This document shows positions 36,484-46,642 of a DNA stretch of 64,000 bases, one piece after another. The notes beneath the pieces were generated by a model. The model did no database searches, was not told where the DNA came from, and saw only the letters and a list, made by a program, of their open reading frames with translations. Source of the DNA: Alistipes sp. (lineage in GTDB: Bacteria > Bacteroidota > Bacteroidia > Bacteroidales > Rikenellaceae); assembly GCA_045614285.1 (NCBI GenBank), contig JAZLCQ010000064.1:34191-98190 (forward strand). The letters run 5' to 3'. The translations under genes and the position numbers were made by a program. Position 1 is the first letter of the stretch. The number at the start of each line of letters is the position of its first letter.

Positions 36484-39456
36484 ATGAAAAACTTGACAAA
36501 AATTTTCGTTGCGGTTGCAGTTTTGTTTACAAGTTTTGCTTGTACAACAGACACAACCGAGGACCTCGGCGTAAAGGTCGGCGGTCAGACTGAAGTTGTC
36601 CTTTCGTTAGAGGAGTCGCGTACTCAACTCGGCGAGAAAGCGGGCGAGGTTTACCCTCTCTATTGGAGTGCGGGCGATCAGATTTCGATAAACGGCGTGG
36701 CTTCAGCTGCTTTGACCGAGGGTGGCAACGCTGCTGCAACATTCGTATTTGATGGCTTACTCAACTACCCTTACAGTGTGGTTTACCCTGCATCGACTGA
36801 GAACAAGGTTACTTTCCTTGCAGAGCAGACCTACACCCCGGGCACATTCTGCGCAGGTGCAGCACCGATGTACGGCTATGCCGAGAATGAGAACAGCGCT
36901 ATTCAGTTGCAGCACCTTGTTGGTGTACTCCGTTTGGAAGTTTCGGGCGAGGCTACTCTTGCAAACATCGTTTTGGAGGCTGAGAGCGGTGACCTTGCTG
37001 GTACCTACACCGTTGATTGCGCTACAGGCGCGTTGACCGCAGTTGACGGTGCTACATCTAAGAGCGTAACCCTCTCGTTTGGCGAGGGATTGACACTTGG
37101 CGCAGAGGCGACCCCAATCTATATTGCGCTTCCTGCAGGTAGCTACGGCATAGTTTCGGCAAATATCAACTCTACTGCCGGTGAGGTTATGACCGTTAAG
37201 TTCGACACTACCGAGAAGCCAATCTCGGCAGGTAAGGTACGCGAGTTTAAGGAGATTGCCTATGTTGGTGGCGAGGCTGACGAGTTCGGTTTCGAGGGCG
37301 ATGTTGTTATCACCACAGCCGAGGAGTTAGCTCTTCTCAGTGAGGCTTGCGAGGCTAATAAGTTGAGCGCAGTTACATCGGTTACTATCGGTGCAACTAT
37401 CGATATGAGCGAAATCGAGTGGAAGTCGATGAATAACTTCCCTGCAATCACCTTCGATGGTGGTAGCGACAAGGGCTACGAGATTAAGGGCTTGAATGCA
37501 CCTCTCTTCTATATCGCTACAGGCATCACTCTCAAGAACCTCAAGCTCACCGATGTAGATATCAAGATTACCGAGCCGTATATCTATAATGGCAAAGCGC
37601 TGATTGGCTCAGGTGCATACGCATATATTGCCGTTAGCTGTACTCTATCGAACTGCTACGCTTCGGGTAAGATCGAGGTCGATACCAAGTACAACAATGC
37701 AGCAGCACCAACAGTGGACGGCAATACTAATACCGTAGTGGATATCTCAGGTTTGATTGGTTATACAAGCAAGACCACTATGACAAAGGTGACAAATGCT
37801 GTCGATGTAACCGTTAAGAGACTCTTTGATACATCAGGTGACAATACAAGTGTATTCTATATCCTTGTAGGTGGCGTTACATCTGTATTGTATGACTCTA
37901 CAAGTGTAAGTGAGGTCTATAATTACGGAGATATCACTTTCGATTTCGAGGGTAAAGATCAGACCTCGACCGCTATCCGTTGTGGTGGCGTTTTTGGATA
38001 CACACCAAAGGTTAAGACCTTTACCAAGGTGGAGAATCACGGCGATATTACCGTTACAGGTTTGAATACTACAGGTGGTCAGTATTACGGAGGTCTTGTT
38101 GGTCTTCCATATACCACTCCTACATTCGACACTTGTAAGAATAGCGGAGCAATTACAATTACTTCGATTGCGGTCGGCAATTTCGTTGCTGGTTCAATCG
38201 GAGGAACTACTGAGAGTAACATTGTTGTGAAGAATTGCACCGTTACCAACAATAGCGAGGGTAAGGGTATGACTTTGTCGGTATCTTGCGCAAAACTCTA
38301 CGCAGGTCTCATCGGATATATCGCAACCAGCTCATCTAAGGACATAACTCACTCTATTGAGAATTGTACCAACTCTGCCGATTTGACCCTTACATCCGAA
38401 ACACATACTACAAGTTCGACATATGTGTCACACGGATTTGGAGATACCCAGAGTAATTCGACAACAAAGATTTCGATAACAGACTATGCTGTCAGCGGTG
38501 ATATTACTATCAACGGAACAGTTGACAACTTGTTGTATGTCGGAGGTATATACGGATATATGCGAGCTAAAAATGCCAGCGCATACATGAATTCATTTAA
38601 AAACTGTAGCTACAGCGGCGATATTACAATGGTTGGTTCATTTGGCAACCGTGCAACCATCGGTGGTATTGTAGGATACAATAGTGCAAACTTCTTCTCT
38701 TTCGACAACTGCCACACATCAGGTACCATCACATTCCAGAACAACTACTCTGCAGGCGATTTGGCCGGCTATGTAGGCGTTGGAGGTCTTATTGGCTATG
38801 ACGGACAGGAGATTGAGTACAAGTCGTTGTGTACAAGCGATATGGACATCTCAGTATGCGGAAATTGCAAAACTGCAGAGAGCGCTTTGTATGTTGGCGG
38901 TGCTATAGGATTGGACGCACGCAACAACAACAATCGCAACAACGCTTTGAACATCTTCAATAGCGGCAATATCGTTGTCGGCAATGAAAATGTCACAACA
39001 ACCGTTAATAACCTCTGCGTGGGTGGTATCGTAGGAAAGATTACCAGCAGTGCTACTTGTACCGGCTACGAGAATGCAGTAAACATTGGCGACATCTCCA
39101 TTGTTGGCACATTCGAAGGCGCAACTGACGCTTCGTATGTCGGTGGTATTGCAGGATATACCGAGGAGCCAATCGTCAATGCAACTGCACACTGTAAAAT
39201 CAGCGCACCGGACTACAATGTGGGTTGGATTACAGGTGTAGCACGCGTTAAGGATGCTGTCGTTGCCAAGGATTGTAAGATTGGCGGTAATGCTGCAGTG
39301 ATAGAGATTGACCCTGAGGATGAGACGAAGAAGGAGAAGCTCACCCCAATCACTGCCGACAACTACTTCGACTACATCTTTGGTGGTACAACCGATTGGA
39401 CAGGCGTCGAGAACTACGATGGCTGTACATACTTGGAGACTAAACCAACTATTTAA
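36484..39456 (+). CDS. Large surface lipoprotein 2 (paralog)
   Basis: Lipobox SFAC-TTD; same N-domain; variable repeat passenger; shared C-terminal module. Confidence 0.8.
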   Translation: MKNLTKIFVAVAVLFTSFACTTDTTEDLGVKVGGQTEVVLSLEESRTQLGEKAGEVYPLYWSAGDQISINGVASAALTEGGNAAATFVFDGLLNYPYSVVYPASTENKVTFLAEQTYTPGTFCAGAAPMYGYAENENSAIQLQHLVGVLRLEVSGEATLANIVLEAESGDLAGTYTVDCATGALTAVDGATSKSVTLSFGEGLTLGAEATPIYIALPAGSYGIVSANINSTAGEVMTVKFDTTEKPISAGKVREFKEIAYVGGEADEFGFEGDVVITTAEELALLSEACEANKLSAVTSVTIGATIDMSEIEWKSMNNFPAITFDGGSDKGYEIKGLNAPLFYIATGITLKNLKLTDVDIKITEPYIYNGKALIGSGAYAYIAVSCTLSNCYASGKIEVDTKYNNAAAPTVDGNTNTVVDISGLIGYTSKTTMTKVTNAVDVTVKRLFDTSGDNTSVFYILVGGVTSVLYDSTSVSEVYNYGDITFDFEGKDQTSTAIRCGGVFGYTPKVKTFTKVENHGDITVTGLNTTGGQYYGGLVGLPYTTPTFDTCKNSGAITITSIAVGNFVAGSIGGTTESNIVVKNCTVTNNSEGKGMTLSVSCAKLYAGLIGYIATSSSKDITHSIENCTNSADLTLTSETHTTSSTYVSHGFGDTQSNSTTKISITDYAVSGDITINGTVDNLLYVGGIYGYMRAKNASAYMNSFKNCSYSGDITMVGSFGNRATIGGIVGYNSANFFSFDNCHTSGTITFQNNYSAGDLAGYVGVGGLIGYDGQEIEYKSLCTSDMDISVCGNCKTAESALYVGGAIGLDARNNNNRNNALNIFNSGNIVVGNENVTTTVNNLCVGGIVGKITSSATCTGYENAVNIGDISIVGTFEGATDASYVGGIAGYTEEPIVNATAHCKISAPDYNVGWITGVARVKDAVVAKDCKIGGNAAVIEIDPEDETKKEKLTPITADNYFDYIFGGTTDWTGVENYDGCTYLETKPTI

Positions 39457-39479
39457 TAACCTTTAACACTGTTACGATT

Positions 39480-39596
39480 ATGAAAATGTATTTGAAACCT
39501 GAATTTGAGATTTTCGAGGTGGCTGTCGAGGGCGGCTACGGTGATAGTGTACTTCTTCCAGGCTTCGGCGGCGAAGATGACGAGTTGGTTTACTAA
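39480..39596 (+). CDS. Conserved small peptide, copy 2 (38 aa, MKMYLKPEFEIFEVAVEGGYGDSVLLPGFGGEDDELVY)
   Basis: Hand-translated; paralog of 36130-36258. Confidence 0.85.
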   Translation: MKMYLKPEFEIFEVAVEGGYGDSVLLPGFGGEDDELVY

Positions 39597-39617
39597 TTAG
39601 TTTTAGATAAAAAAGAG

Positions 39618-39651
39618 AAATCGGGCGAGGTGACTTGCCCGATTTTTTTTG
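39618..39651 (+). terminator. Cassette terminator, copy 2
   Basis: AAATCGGGCGAG-GTGA-CTTGCCCGATTT plus T-tract. Confidence 0.85.
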
Positions 39652-39678
39652 CAGTTTAATAATTAATTATTAAATTTG
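39648..39678 (+). promoter_or_regulatory. Sigma-A promoter for lipoproteins 3 and 4
   Basis: TTTG (39648-39651), 19 nt spacer, TAAATTTG (39671-39678). Confidence 0.65.
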
Positions 39679-39710
39679 CGATAACTGAATGAACTAATAT
39701 ACTTATCAAT

Positions 39711-42371
39711 ATGAAAAACTTGACAAAAATTTTCGTTGCGGTTGCAGTCTTGTTTACAAGCTTTGCTTGTACAACAGACACAACCGAGGACCTCGGCGTA
39801 GCAGTCGGAGGTCAAACCGAAATCGTCCTCTCGCTTGAGGCATCGCGTACTCAGCTTGGCGAGAAGGCGGATGGCGTCTATCCGCTCTACTGGAGCGAAG
39901 GCGACAAGATTGCCGTTAATGGCGTAGCATCAGAGCCTCTCACAGCATCAGCTGATGGTAAGGCCAGCGCAACATTCACCGTGAATGGCGTCGCGGCTCG
40001 CCCTTACAACATCGTCTACCCTGCAGCCTCTGCGGGACAGGTTCTCTTTGCGGCTAAGCAGACCCACGTCGACAATACAACCTTCGCAAATGGCGTTTCG
40101 ACAATGTATGGTTATAGCAAGAGTGGACTCGGCGCACAGATGGTACACCTCACAGGCGTATTGAAGATTGGCGTTACCGGCTCGGCAACCCTGACCAAGG
40201 CTATCGTCTCGACCGTAAACCGTACCCCTATCTCAGGTGCATTCGACATCGACTTCGCATCAGGTAAGGTTACCCCATCGGCATCGGCAACTTCGACTAT
40301 CGAGTACGAGTTCGCAACACCTGTTGCACTCTCGAGCGAGCCGACATATATGCACATCGCTGTTCCTGAGGGTGTCTACGAGGAGCTCTACGTAACACTT
40401 CACGACAATGCGGGCGGTGCGATGTTTGCAACCATCAAGGCAGACGAGAGCAAGCCTTTGAGCGCAGGTGACATTCGCGAGTTCTATAGCAACATCAAGT
40501 ATGCAGCAAAGAGCGATGCTACATTGATTGGCAATGCCGACCAACTTATCGCTTGGGCTTCATCGGCCTCTTCGTCGCAGAAGAACGCATTCTTGGTTGC
40601 CGACATCGATATGACTGGCAAGTCGTGGACTCCGGTTGGCGACTTCGCAGGTTCGTTCATCGGTAATGGTTTTGCCATCAAGGGCTTGAGCGCTCCTTTA
40701 TTCGGCATCTCGAATGTTCCGGTTATCAAGGGTGTCCACCTCACCGATATCGATATGACCATCACTACATACCCCGATGCAGGTGCGTTGATTTGCGACA
40801 TCACAAACAAGGAAACCGAGATTTCGCACTGCTCGGTAACGGGTAAGATGACCATCAACATCAACAAGATTGCTGTAAACCACTCGTACAACTACTATGG
40901 CGCGATGATTGGCTACACCTTAACAGGTAAGGAGCTTCACGACTTGTATACCAACGTGGATATTACAGTAGCGAAATCTTCTGTTAGCTCGGGCCATATG
41001 TATGTAACTCACCTCGCAGGTCGTGGTGGTACAGTCGAGGAGAACTATCTTTCGCTTCGCAATGTTGTATGCCACGGAACTATTACTCATAACGGAAGCA
41101 CAGGCGGTGGTCACCTCTACCTCGGAGGTGTTGTAATTACCGCAGTTACTCAATTGAACAACTGCGTTGTCGGTAAGCCGAATAGCGACGGCAAGTCGGG
41201 CTCGATAACCGTAGGTTCGAACCATTCGAAGAACACCTATTGCGGTGGTATGGTGACCTTCCTCAACACATACACCTCACTGACAGATTGCCACAACTAC
41301 GGCGACATCACCGTAGGTTCAAGTGCGGGTGCTATCTATGTTGGAGGATTAGTTCACTCGGCACGTGGTGGATCTATGACCGACTGCTCGCACCACGGAG
41401 ATATCACCATCACAAGCAAGAAGCCGACTGCGACATATTGGGCCGGCGGTATTGTATCCAGCGACGATGGTGGCGCAGCAGATCAGGTAAACAGCTTCAC
41501 TCGATGCAACAACTATGGCAACATCGAGTACACAAGCACCGTGGAGGCTAAGTACTACAACGCGGGTGGCCTTATGGCTCGCCGTGAGACTAAAAACAAC
41601 AGCGTAGTTTTCGACAGCTGCAACAACTATGGCAACGTCACCGTGAAGGGCATCATAATCAACAGTTCTCATATCGGAGGTCTTATCGGACTTGTCGGCG
41701 CTGCAAATGCTGCTCCGAAGGCAGTCACCATCAAGAACTGCACAAACTACGGAGCTGTCACAATTGAGTCGAAATTGAACTTAGTAGCAAGTGACGGCAC
41801 ACTGCGTGTAGGTGGCGCTATCGGCACACTCGTACACGCATTGCAGGATGTCGATGGCTACATCCGAAACGAGGGTAAAGTAACTTGTACATTCGAGAAT
41901 AACAGTGATGCAACATCGGAGTCGTTGTGTATCGGTGGCTTCATCGGCTACACCACCCCAACAACCGGCACATTGGGTGTAAAGAAGTTGAAACTCCACA
42001 ACTGCGGAGATGTCGAGGTTAAGTTCGTAAATAGCACAGACTTTACCTACCCTACATCGGGTGGCATTGGCGGCATCATCGGCATCATGAGCAACCCAGG
42101 CACTCTCAACGATGCAAGCTGCAACTGCAAGATTACCGCAGTAGACCTCAATGGTCGCGTAGGATTCATCACAGGTTCAGCCTACAGCGAGACTTTGAAT
42201 ATCACCAACTGCAAGGTTGCTGGCGCATATATTGTTGAGCGCGACGATGAGGATGAGACCGAGAAGCCTATCACTCTCACCGAGTCGAACTACCACAACT
42301 ACCTCTTCAGTCAGCCAATCGACAAGAGCGTAGCCGAGGCTAAAGGCAATATCTATTCGGTGACCGAGTAA
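39711..42371 (+). CDS. Large surface lipoprotein 3 (paralog)
   Basis: Lipobox SFAC-TTD; same N-domain; CxNYGxI...GG repeats. Confidence 0.8.
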   Translation: MKNLTKIFVAVAVLFTSFACTTDTTEDLGVAVGGQTEIVLSLEASRTQLGEKADGVYPLYWSEGDKIAVNGVASEPLTASADGKASATFTVNGVAARPYNIVYPAASAGQVLFAAKQTHVDNTTFANGVSTMYGYSKSGLGAQMVHLTGVLKIGVTGSATLTKAIVSTVNRTPISGAFDIDFASGKVTPSASATSTIEYEFATPVALSSEPTYMHIAVPEGVYEELYVTLHDNAGGAMFATIKADESKPLSAGDIREFYSNIKYAAKSDATLIGNADQLIAWASSASSSQKNAFLVADIDMTGKSWTPVGDFAGSFIGNGFAIKGLSAPLFGISNVPVIKGVHLTDIDMTITTYPDAGALICDITNKETEISHCSVTGKMTININKIAVNHSYNYYGAMIGYTLTGKELHDLYTNVDITVAKSSVSSGHMYVTHLAGRGGTVEENYLSLRNVVCHGTITHNGSTGGGHLYLGGVVITAVTQLNNCVVGKPNSDGKSGSITVGSNHSKNTYCGGMVTFLNTYTSLTDCHNYGDITVGSSAGAIYVGGLVHSARGGSMTDCSHHGDITITSKKPTATYWAGGIVSSDDGGAADQVNSFTRCNNYGNIEYTSTVEAKYYNAGGLMARRETKNNSVVFDSCNNYGNVTVKGIIINSSHIGGLIGLVGAANAAPKAVTIKNCTNYGAVTIESKLNLVASDGTLRVGGAIGTLVHALQDVDGYIRNEGKVTCTFENNSDATSESLCIGGFIGYTTPTTGTLGVKKLKLHNCGDVEVKFVNSTDFTYPTSGGIGGIIGIMSNPGTLNDASCNCKITAVDLNGRVGFITGSAYSETLNITNCKVAGAYIVERDDEDETEKPITLTESNYHNYLFSQPIDKSVAEAKGNIYSVTE
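39792..40027 (+). repeat. 236-bp near-identical direct repeat, copy A (copy B at 42486-42721)
   Basis: Manual alignment shows 4 mismatches, all synonymous. Confidence 0.9.
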
Positions 42372-42404
42372 CCCTAAGAGAGTAACAACCAAAAACAAAT
42401 ACAT

Positions 42405-45400
42405 ATGAAAAACTTGACAAAACTTTTCGTGGCGGCTGCACTTCTTTGCGCAAGCTTTGCTTGTACTACGGATGCAACCGAAGATCTCGGCGTAGCAGTC
42501 GGGGGTCAAACCGAAATCGTCCTCTCGCTTGAGGCATCGCGTACTCAACTTGGCGAGAAGGCGGATGGCGTCTATCCGCTCTACTGGAGCGAAGGCGACA
42601 AAATCGCCGTTAATGGCGTAGCATCAGAGCCTCTCACAGCATCAGCTGATGGTAAGGCCAGCGCAACATTCACCGTGAATGGCGTCGCGGCTCGCCCTTA
42701 CAACATCGTCTACCCTGCAGCTGAGGGCGTATCGGCTGTGACCGAGGGTTGCTACCCTGTAGTATTCCCTGCAGCACAGACCTACAAGGCTGGCAATGTA
42801 GATGGCAACGCTGTTGTACTGTATGGCTACGCTGAGGAGGGCACTCCTACATTGTGCCACCTGAGTGGCGTGCTTCGCTTCGACGTTAAGGGTTCGGCGA
42901 CTCTCTCGAGCCTCAATGTTGTTGCAACAAATGGTGCTTTGGCTGGTGTATACGACGTAAACTGCTCGACAGGCGCTTTGACTGCTCAGACAGGTAGCAC
43001 ATCTGACACCGTAGCGCTCTCGTTTGGCGACGGTTTAACCTTGAGCGCTGAGGCAACTCCGATTTATGTCGCAGTTCCTGCGGGCGAGTATGGCGAGGTT
43101 ACCGTAACTCTCAATGCCACTTCGGGTGAGCAGATGGTTGCGAAGTTCAACACCGATGGTAAGGCTATCTCAGCAGGTAAGGTGCGTGAGTTCGGCGAGT
43201 TCGAATTCGCTGCAAATAGTGGCGAGGCAACAGAGTATATCATCGACAGCAAGGAGGCACTTATCAACTTCGCTAAGGATCCGACCAAGTCGGCTAAGGT
43301 GACTGCAAATATCGATATGAGCGGTTATGACTGGACTCCAATCGACGGTTTTGCTGCGAACTTCGACGGTGGCAACTTCGAGATTAAGGGTTTGAATGCT
43401 CCGTTGTTCGCTCTCACACACGCAATTATCAAGAACGTGAAGTTGGTAGATGTGAATATGACAACCAACAACCGTTTGCGTTTTGGTGCACTCGCTTGCG
43501 AGGTTGTCTCAACAGGCAACACTTCGATAAGCAATTGTGAGGTTTCGGGAACTATCACCGTCAGCAACCCTGGCTTCACCCCTGCAAGCAGCTACTCGAG
43601 TATCTACGATGTAGTCTCGGTAGGCGGTCTCGTAGGCTACGCTAAGGGTGCAGCATTTGTCAACTGCGAGAACAAGGCGGCTATCACCGTATCGCAAGTG
43701 TTCCAGGATGGCGCTTCAACCCGTATCAACCCTACCGTCGGCGGTATTGCAGGTTACGTTAATTCGATTACCCCTGAGGGCTCAACCGAGAAGTTGAGCG
43801 CTTCATTCGTAAACTGTACCAACCGTGGCGCATTGAACTATGCAGACAACGCAACTGCTCGTTGCCTCTGCCCAAGTGTGGGAGGCGTTTTGGGCTTCTC
43901 GGCTTCGGATAACGGTTTGATTTTGACAAGTTGTAAGAACTATGGCAACATCAACGTAAAGGGTGTTATCTATGGCTCAAACGGCGTTGGAAGTGGCGAG
44001 TCGATTGGTGGTGTAGCGGCAAAGGTTACCACAGCAACCTCTACCGAGTGTTACAACTATGGTTCAATCACTTTGGATGGCGACTTGACCCATCCTCACG
44101 TTGGCGGTATCTTCGCATACTCGCTCAACTCGAGCACTACAAACTGCCACAACCTCGGTGCTATCGAGATTAAGTCTACTGCAACCATTCTCGGTGTGAT
44201 GATTGGTGGTGTTGTAGGTAGCTCCTACGATAGTCAGAGTGGTGCAGCAGGTGTAATGCAGAACTGTACAAACGATGCAACCATCAAGATTATGGCATCG
44301 ACACGTGATAAGTCGCTCGTATTCGATAGCAAGGCTTACTACTACCGCGTAGGAGGTCTCTCGGCCTTCCCTCGTCACCCGGTTAGCAACTGCGAGAATA
44401 AGGCGGGTGGCGACATCTTCACCTCGGGTGATATCGCAAACTTGACCACCTCTTCAGAGTTGGCCACTGCTATTGCAGGCTGCTTCCCATACGGAACACA
44501 AGGTGCAATCAAGGAAGTTGTCAATCGTGGCGATGTGACCGTAACCAACACGTTTGCATTGAGCCAGGCAACTATCGATGCCAACCAGAGCAGCAATCAG
44601 CCACTCCTCATCGGTGGTGTTGTAGGAACCAACAGCTACAACCCTTGGTCATTGGAGAACTACGGCAAGGTAACCTTCAGCGGCTCATATACCGGTGGCA
44701 ACTTTATGATGGCAGGTCTTTGCGCTGATGGTTTCACAAATAATATTTGCCCTCACTCAAGTACTAACTATGGTGAGGTGATTGTGACCGAGGAGGCCGT
44801 ATTTACTTGTAACAACAACACCTATGTTGCAGGTATCGTCGGCATCACCGAGCGTAACAAGACCGATGTTAAGGATATGGTTAACAATGGCGCTATCACC
44901 TTCAACGGAACTATCACAAAGGGTGGTTTGCGTATGGGTGGTTTCACCGGCTATATCAAGTCTTACTCATCTAATGTTACAAATAATGCACCTATCACCA
45001 TCGGCCCTAAGGCTACAACCTTGACAACTGAGATCGGTGGCTTGGTCGGTTACTTCGCAAAGGGTACCATCGGTACAACAAGCGACTGGACAAATACCGA
45101 GAATGGCGACATCACTATCAACGCTGTGTCGAACGGTGCTTTGCGTATCGGTGGTTGTGTCGGCAACAAGGCTAATGATACAACTGTGTTCGAGAACTTC
45201 ATAAACTCGGGCGATATTACCGTCGGAAACTCGGTGGGTTCAGTCTATATTGGTGGTAACGTAGGAATCCTTACGGCTAATGCAGATGGCGGTGCCGATA
45301 CATATAACAATATGACCAATAATGGCAATATCACCTTGAATGGCGAGACTTACGGCAGCTATATTCAGGTCGGAGGTTGTTTCGGTTATTCGACTGCCAG

Positions 45401-46622
45401 CGATAAGCTTAAGATGACCAACCTTACCAATAATGGCGCTATCAAGTTGAGCGGTACATACACTATTGCCGATGGCGACACAGGCTTGAACGTCGGAGGT
45501 GTAATCTCCAACGTGAATGTCTCGAATAATCATACAAATCTTCTTAATAGCGAGACCGGAGATATCACCATCAACGTCACAACCACAAAGACTCGTATCC
45601 GCGTGGGAGGTATTGCTGCTAAGATTCAGGATAGCACAACCGGCTTGACCAATAAGGGCGACATCACAATCAGCGGCTCTATCGCGGGTGGTTTGTATGC
45701 CAGCGGTCTCATCGCTTCAACCAACGGATACAACCGTACAAACCTCCTCAACGAGGGTAATGTCACCATCTCGGCAAGCGGTACAACTTTGTACTTGGGC
45801 GGTCTCTTCACCTATGGTGCGTGGGAGTACGGTATGAACAACATTGCTAATAAGGGTAAGCTTGAGGTTACTAAGGATGCAGTATTCACCAAGGCTGTTT
45901 ATATGGGTGGAATTATCGCATTGCGCACCAACGGCAAGAGCGGCAGTGGTCAGCCAATGAAGCTCACAAATGGCTGCTGCAATAGCGGTGATTTGATTTT
46001 CAACGGTACTTGTTCGAAAGAGGATGTAACCGATGAATCGGCTTACAACAAGAGCCACAACCTCTATATGGGAGGCTTGGTTGGTCAGAGCCGTAAACCT
46101 GACGCTGAGAGCTATGCAATCCGTGCTGATGGCTTCACCAATAGCGGAAATATCACCTTCGGCGGTAAAGTCGAGAAGGGCGGTATCTATATTGGCGGTA
46201 TCGGTGGCGATATGGATCAGCCGACATCAACCACATATTGGACAGGTCCACTCGTAAATGTCGGAAACATCGACTGCAGTGGCGAGTACAGCGGCGTGGG
46301 CTATGTAGGCGGCATCTTCGGTGAGATGGCCTCAACCATCGACAACTGCGTAGTTTACTGCTCGGTATTTGCACCTGAGGCAACCGGCGTAGGAATGGTT
46401 ACAGGCTCGTCGCGCGAGAACGGAAAGGTTGTGGCAACCAATTGCCAAATCGGAGGTCGCACACTCGTAATCGACGCTGAGGATGAGACCTTCAAGCCAG
46501 GCACAATCGAAGGCGGCAACTTCCAGCATCATATCTACGGTAGCGGCGCCAACACCGACTGGACAGGCACCGACAACTACGACGGATGCACATTCCTCGC
46601 AGAGAAGCCGGTTATTGAATAA
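42405..46622 (+). CDS. Large surface lipoprotein 4 (paralog)
   Basis: Lipobox SFAC-TTD; same N-domain; longest repeat passenger; C-terminus TDWTGTDNYDGCTFL, shared with paralog 2. Confidence 0.8.
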   Translation: MKNLTKLFVAAALLCASFACTTDATEDLGVAVGGQTEIVLSLEASRTQLGEKADGVYPLYWSEGDKIAVNGVASEPLTASADGKASATFTVNGVAARPYNIVYPAAEGVSAVTEGCYPVVFPAAQTYKAGNVDGNAVVLYGYAEEGTPTLCHLSGVLRFDVKGSATLSSLNVVATNGALAGVYDVNCSTGALTAQTGSTSDTVALSFGDGLTLSAEATPIYVAVPAGEYGEVTVTLNATSGEQMVAKFNTDGKAISAGKVREFGEFEFAANSGEATEYIIDSKEALINFAKDPTKSAKVTANIDMSGYDWTPIDGFAANFDGGNFEIKGLNAPLFALTHAIIKNVKLVDVNMTTNNRLRFGALACEVVSTGNTSISNCEVSGTITVSNPGFTPASSYSSIYDVVSVGGLVGYAKGAAFVNCENKAAITVSQVFQDGASTRINPTVGGIAGYVNSITPEGSTEKLSASFVNCTNRGALNYADNATARCLCPSVGGVLGFSASDNGLILTSCKNYGNINVKGVIYGSNGVGSGESIGGVAAKVTTATSTECYNYGSITLDGDLTHPHVGGIFAYSLNSSTTNCHNLGAIEIKSTATILGVMIGGVVGSSYDSQSGAAGVMQNCTNDATIKIMASTRDKSLVFDSKAYYYRVGGLSAFPRHPVSNCENKAGGDIFTSGDIANLTTSSELATAIAGCFPYGTQGAIKEVVNRGDVTVTNTFALSQATIDANQSSNQPLLIGGVVGTNSYNPWSLENYGKVTFSGSYTGGNFMMAGLCADGFTNNICPHSSTNYGEVIVTEEAVFTCNNNTYVAGIVGITERNKTDVKDMVNNGAITFNGTITKGGLRMGGFTGYIKSYSSNVTNNAPITIGPKATTLTTEIGGLVGYFAKGTIGTTSDWTNTENGDITINAVSNGALRIGGCVGNKANDTTVFENFINSGDITVGNSVGSVYIGGNVGILTANADGGADTYNNMTNNGNITLNGETYGSYIQVGGCFGYSTASDKLKMTNLTNNGAIKLSGTYTIADGDTGLNVGGVISNVNVSNNHTNLLNSETGDITINVTTTKTRIRVGGIAAKIQDSTTGLTNKGDITISGSIAGGLYASGLIASTNGYNRTNLLNEGNVTISASGTTLYLGGLFTYGAWEYGMNNIANKGKLEVTKDAVFTKAVYMGGIIALRTNGKSGSGQPMKLTNGCCNSGDLIFNGTCSKEDVTDESAYNKSHNLYMGGLVGQSRKPDAESYAIRADGFTNSGNITFGGKVEKGGIYIGGIGGDMDQPTSTTYWTGPLVNVGNIDCSGEYSGVGYVGGIFGEMASTIDNCVVYCSVFAPEATGVGMVTGSSRENGKVVATNCQIGGRTLVIDAEDETFKPGTIEGGNFQHHIYGSGANTDWTGTDNYDGCTFLAEKPVIE
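42486..42721 (+). repeat. 236-bp near-identical direct repeat, copy B
   Basis: Matches 39792-40027 at an offset of 2694. Confidence 0.9.
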
Positions 46623-46642
46623 CACCTAAAACAGCATAAACT

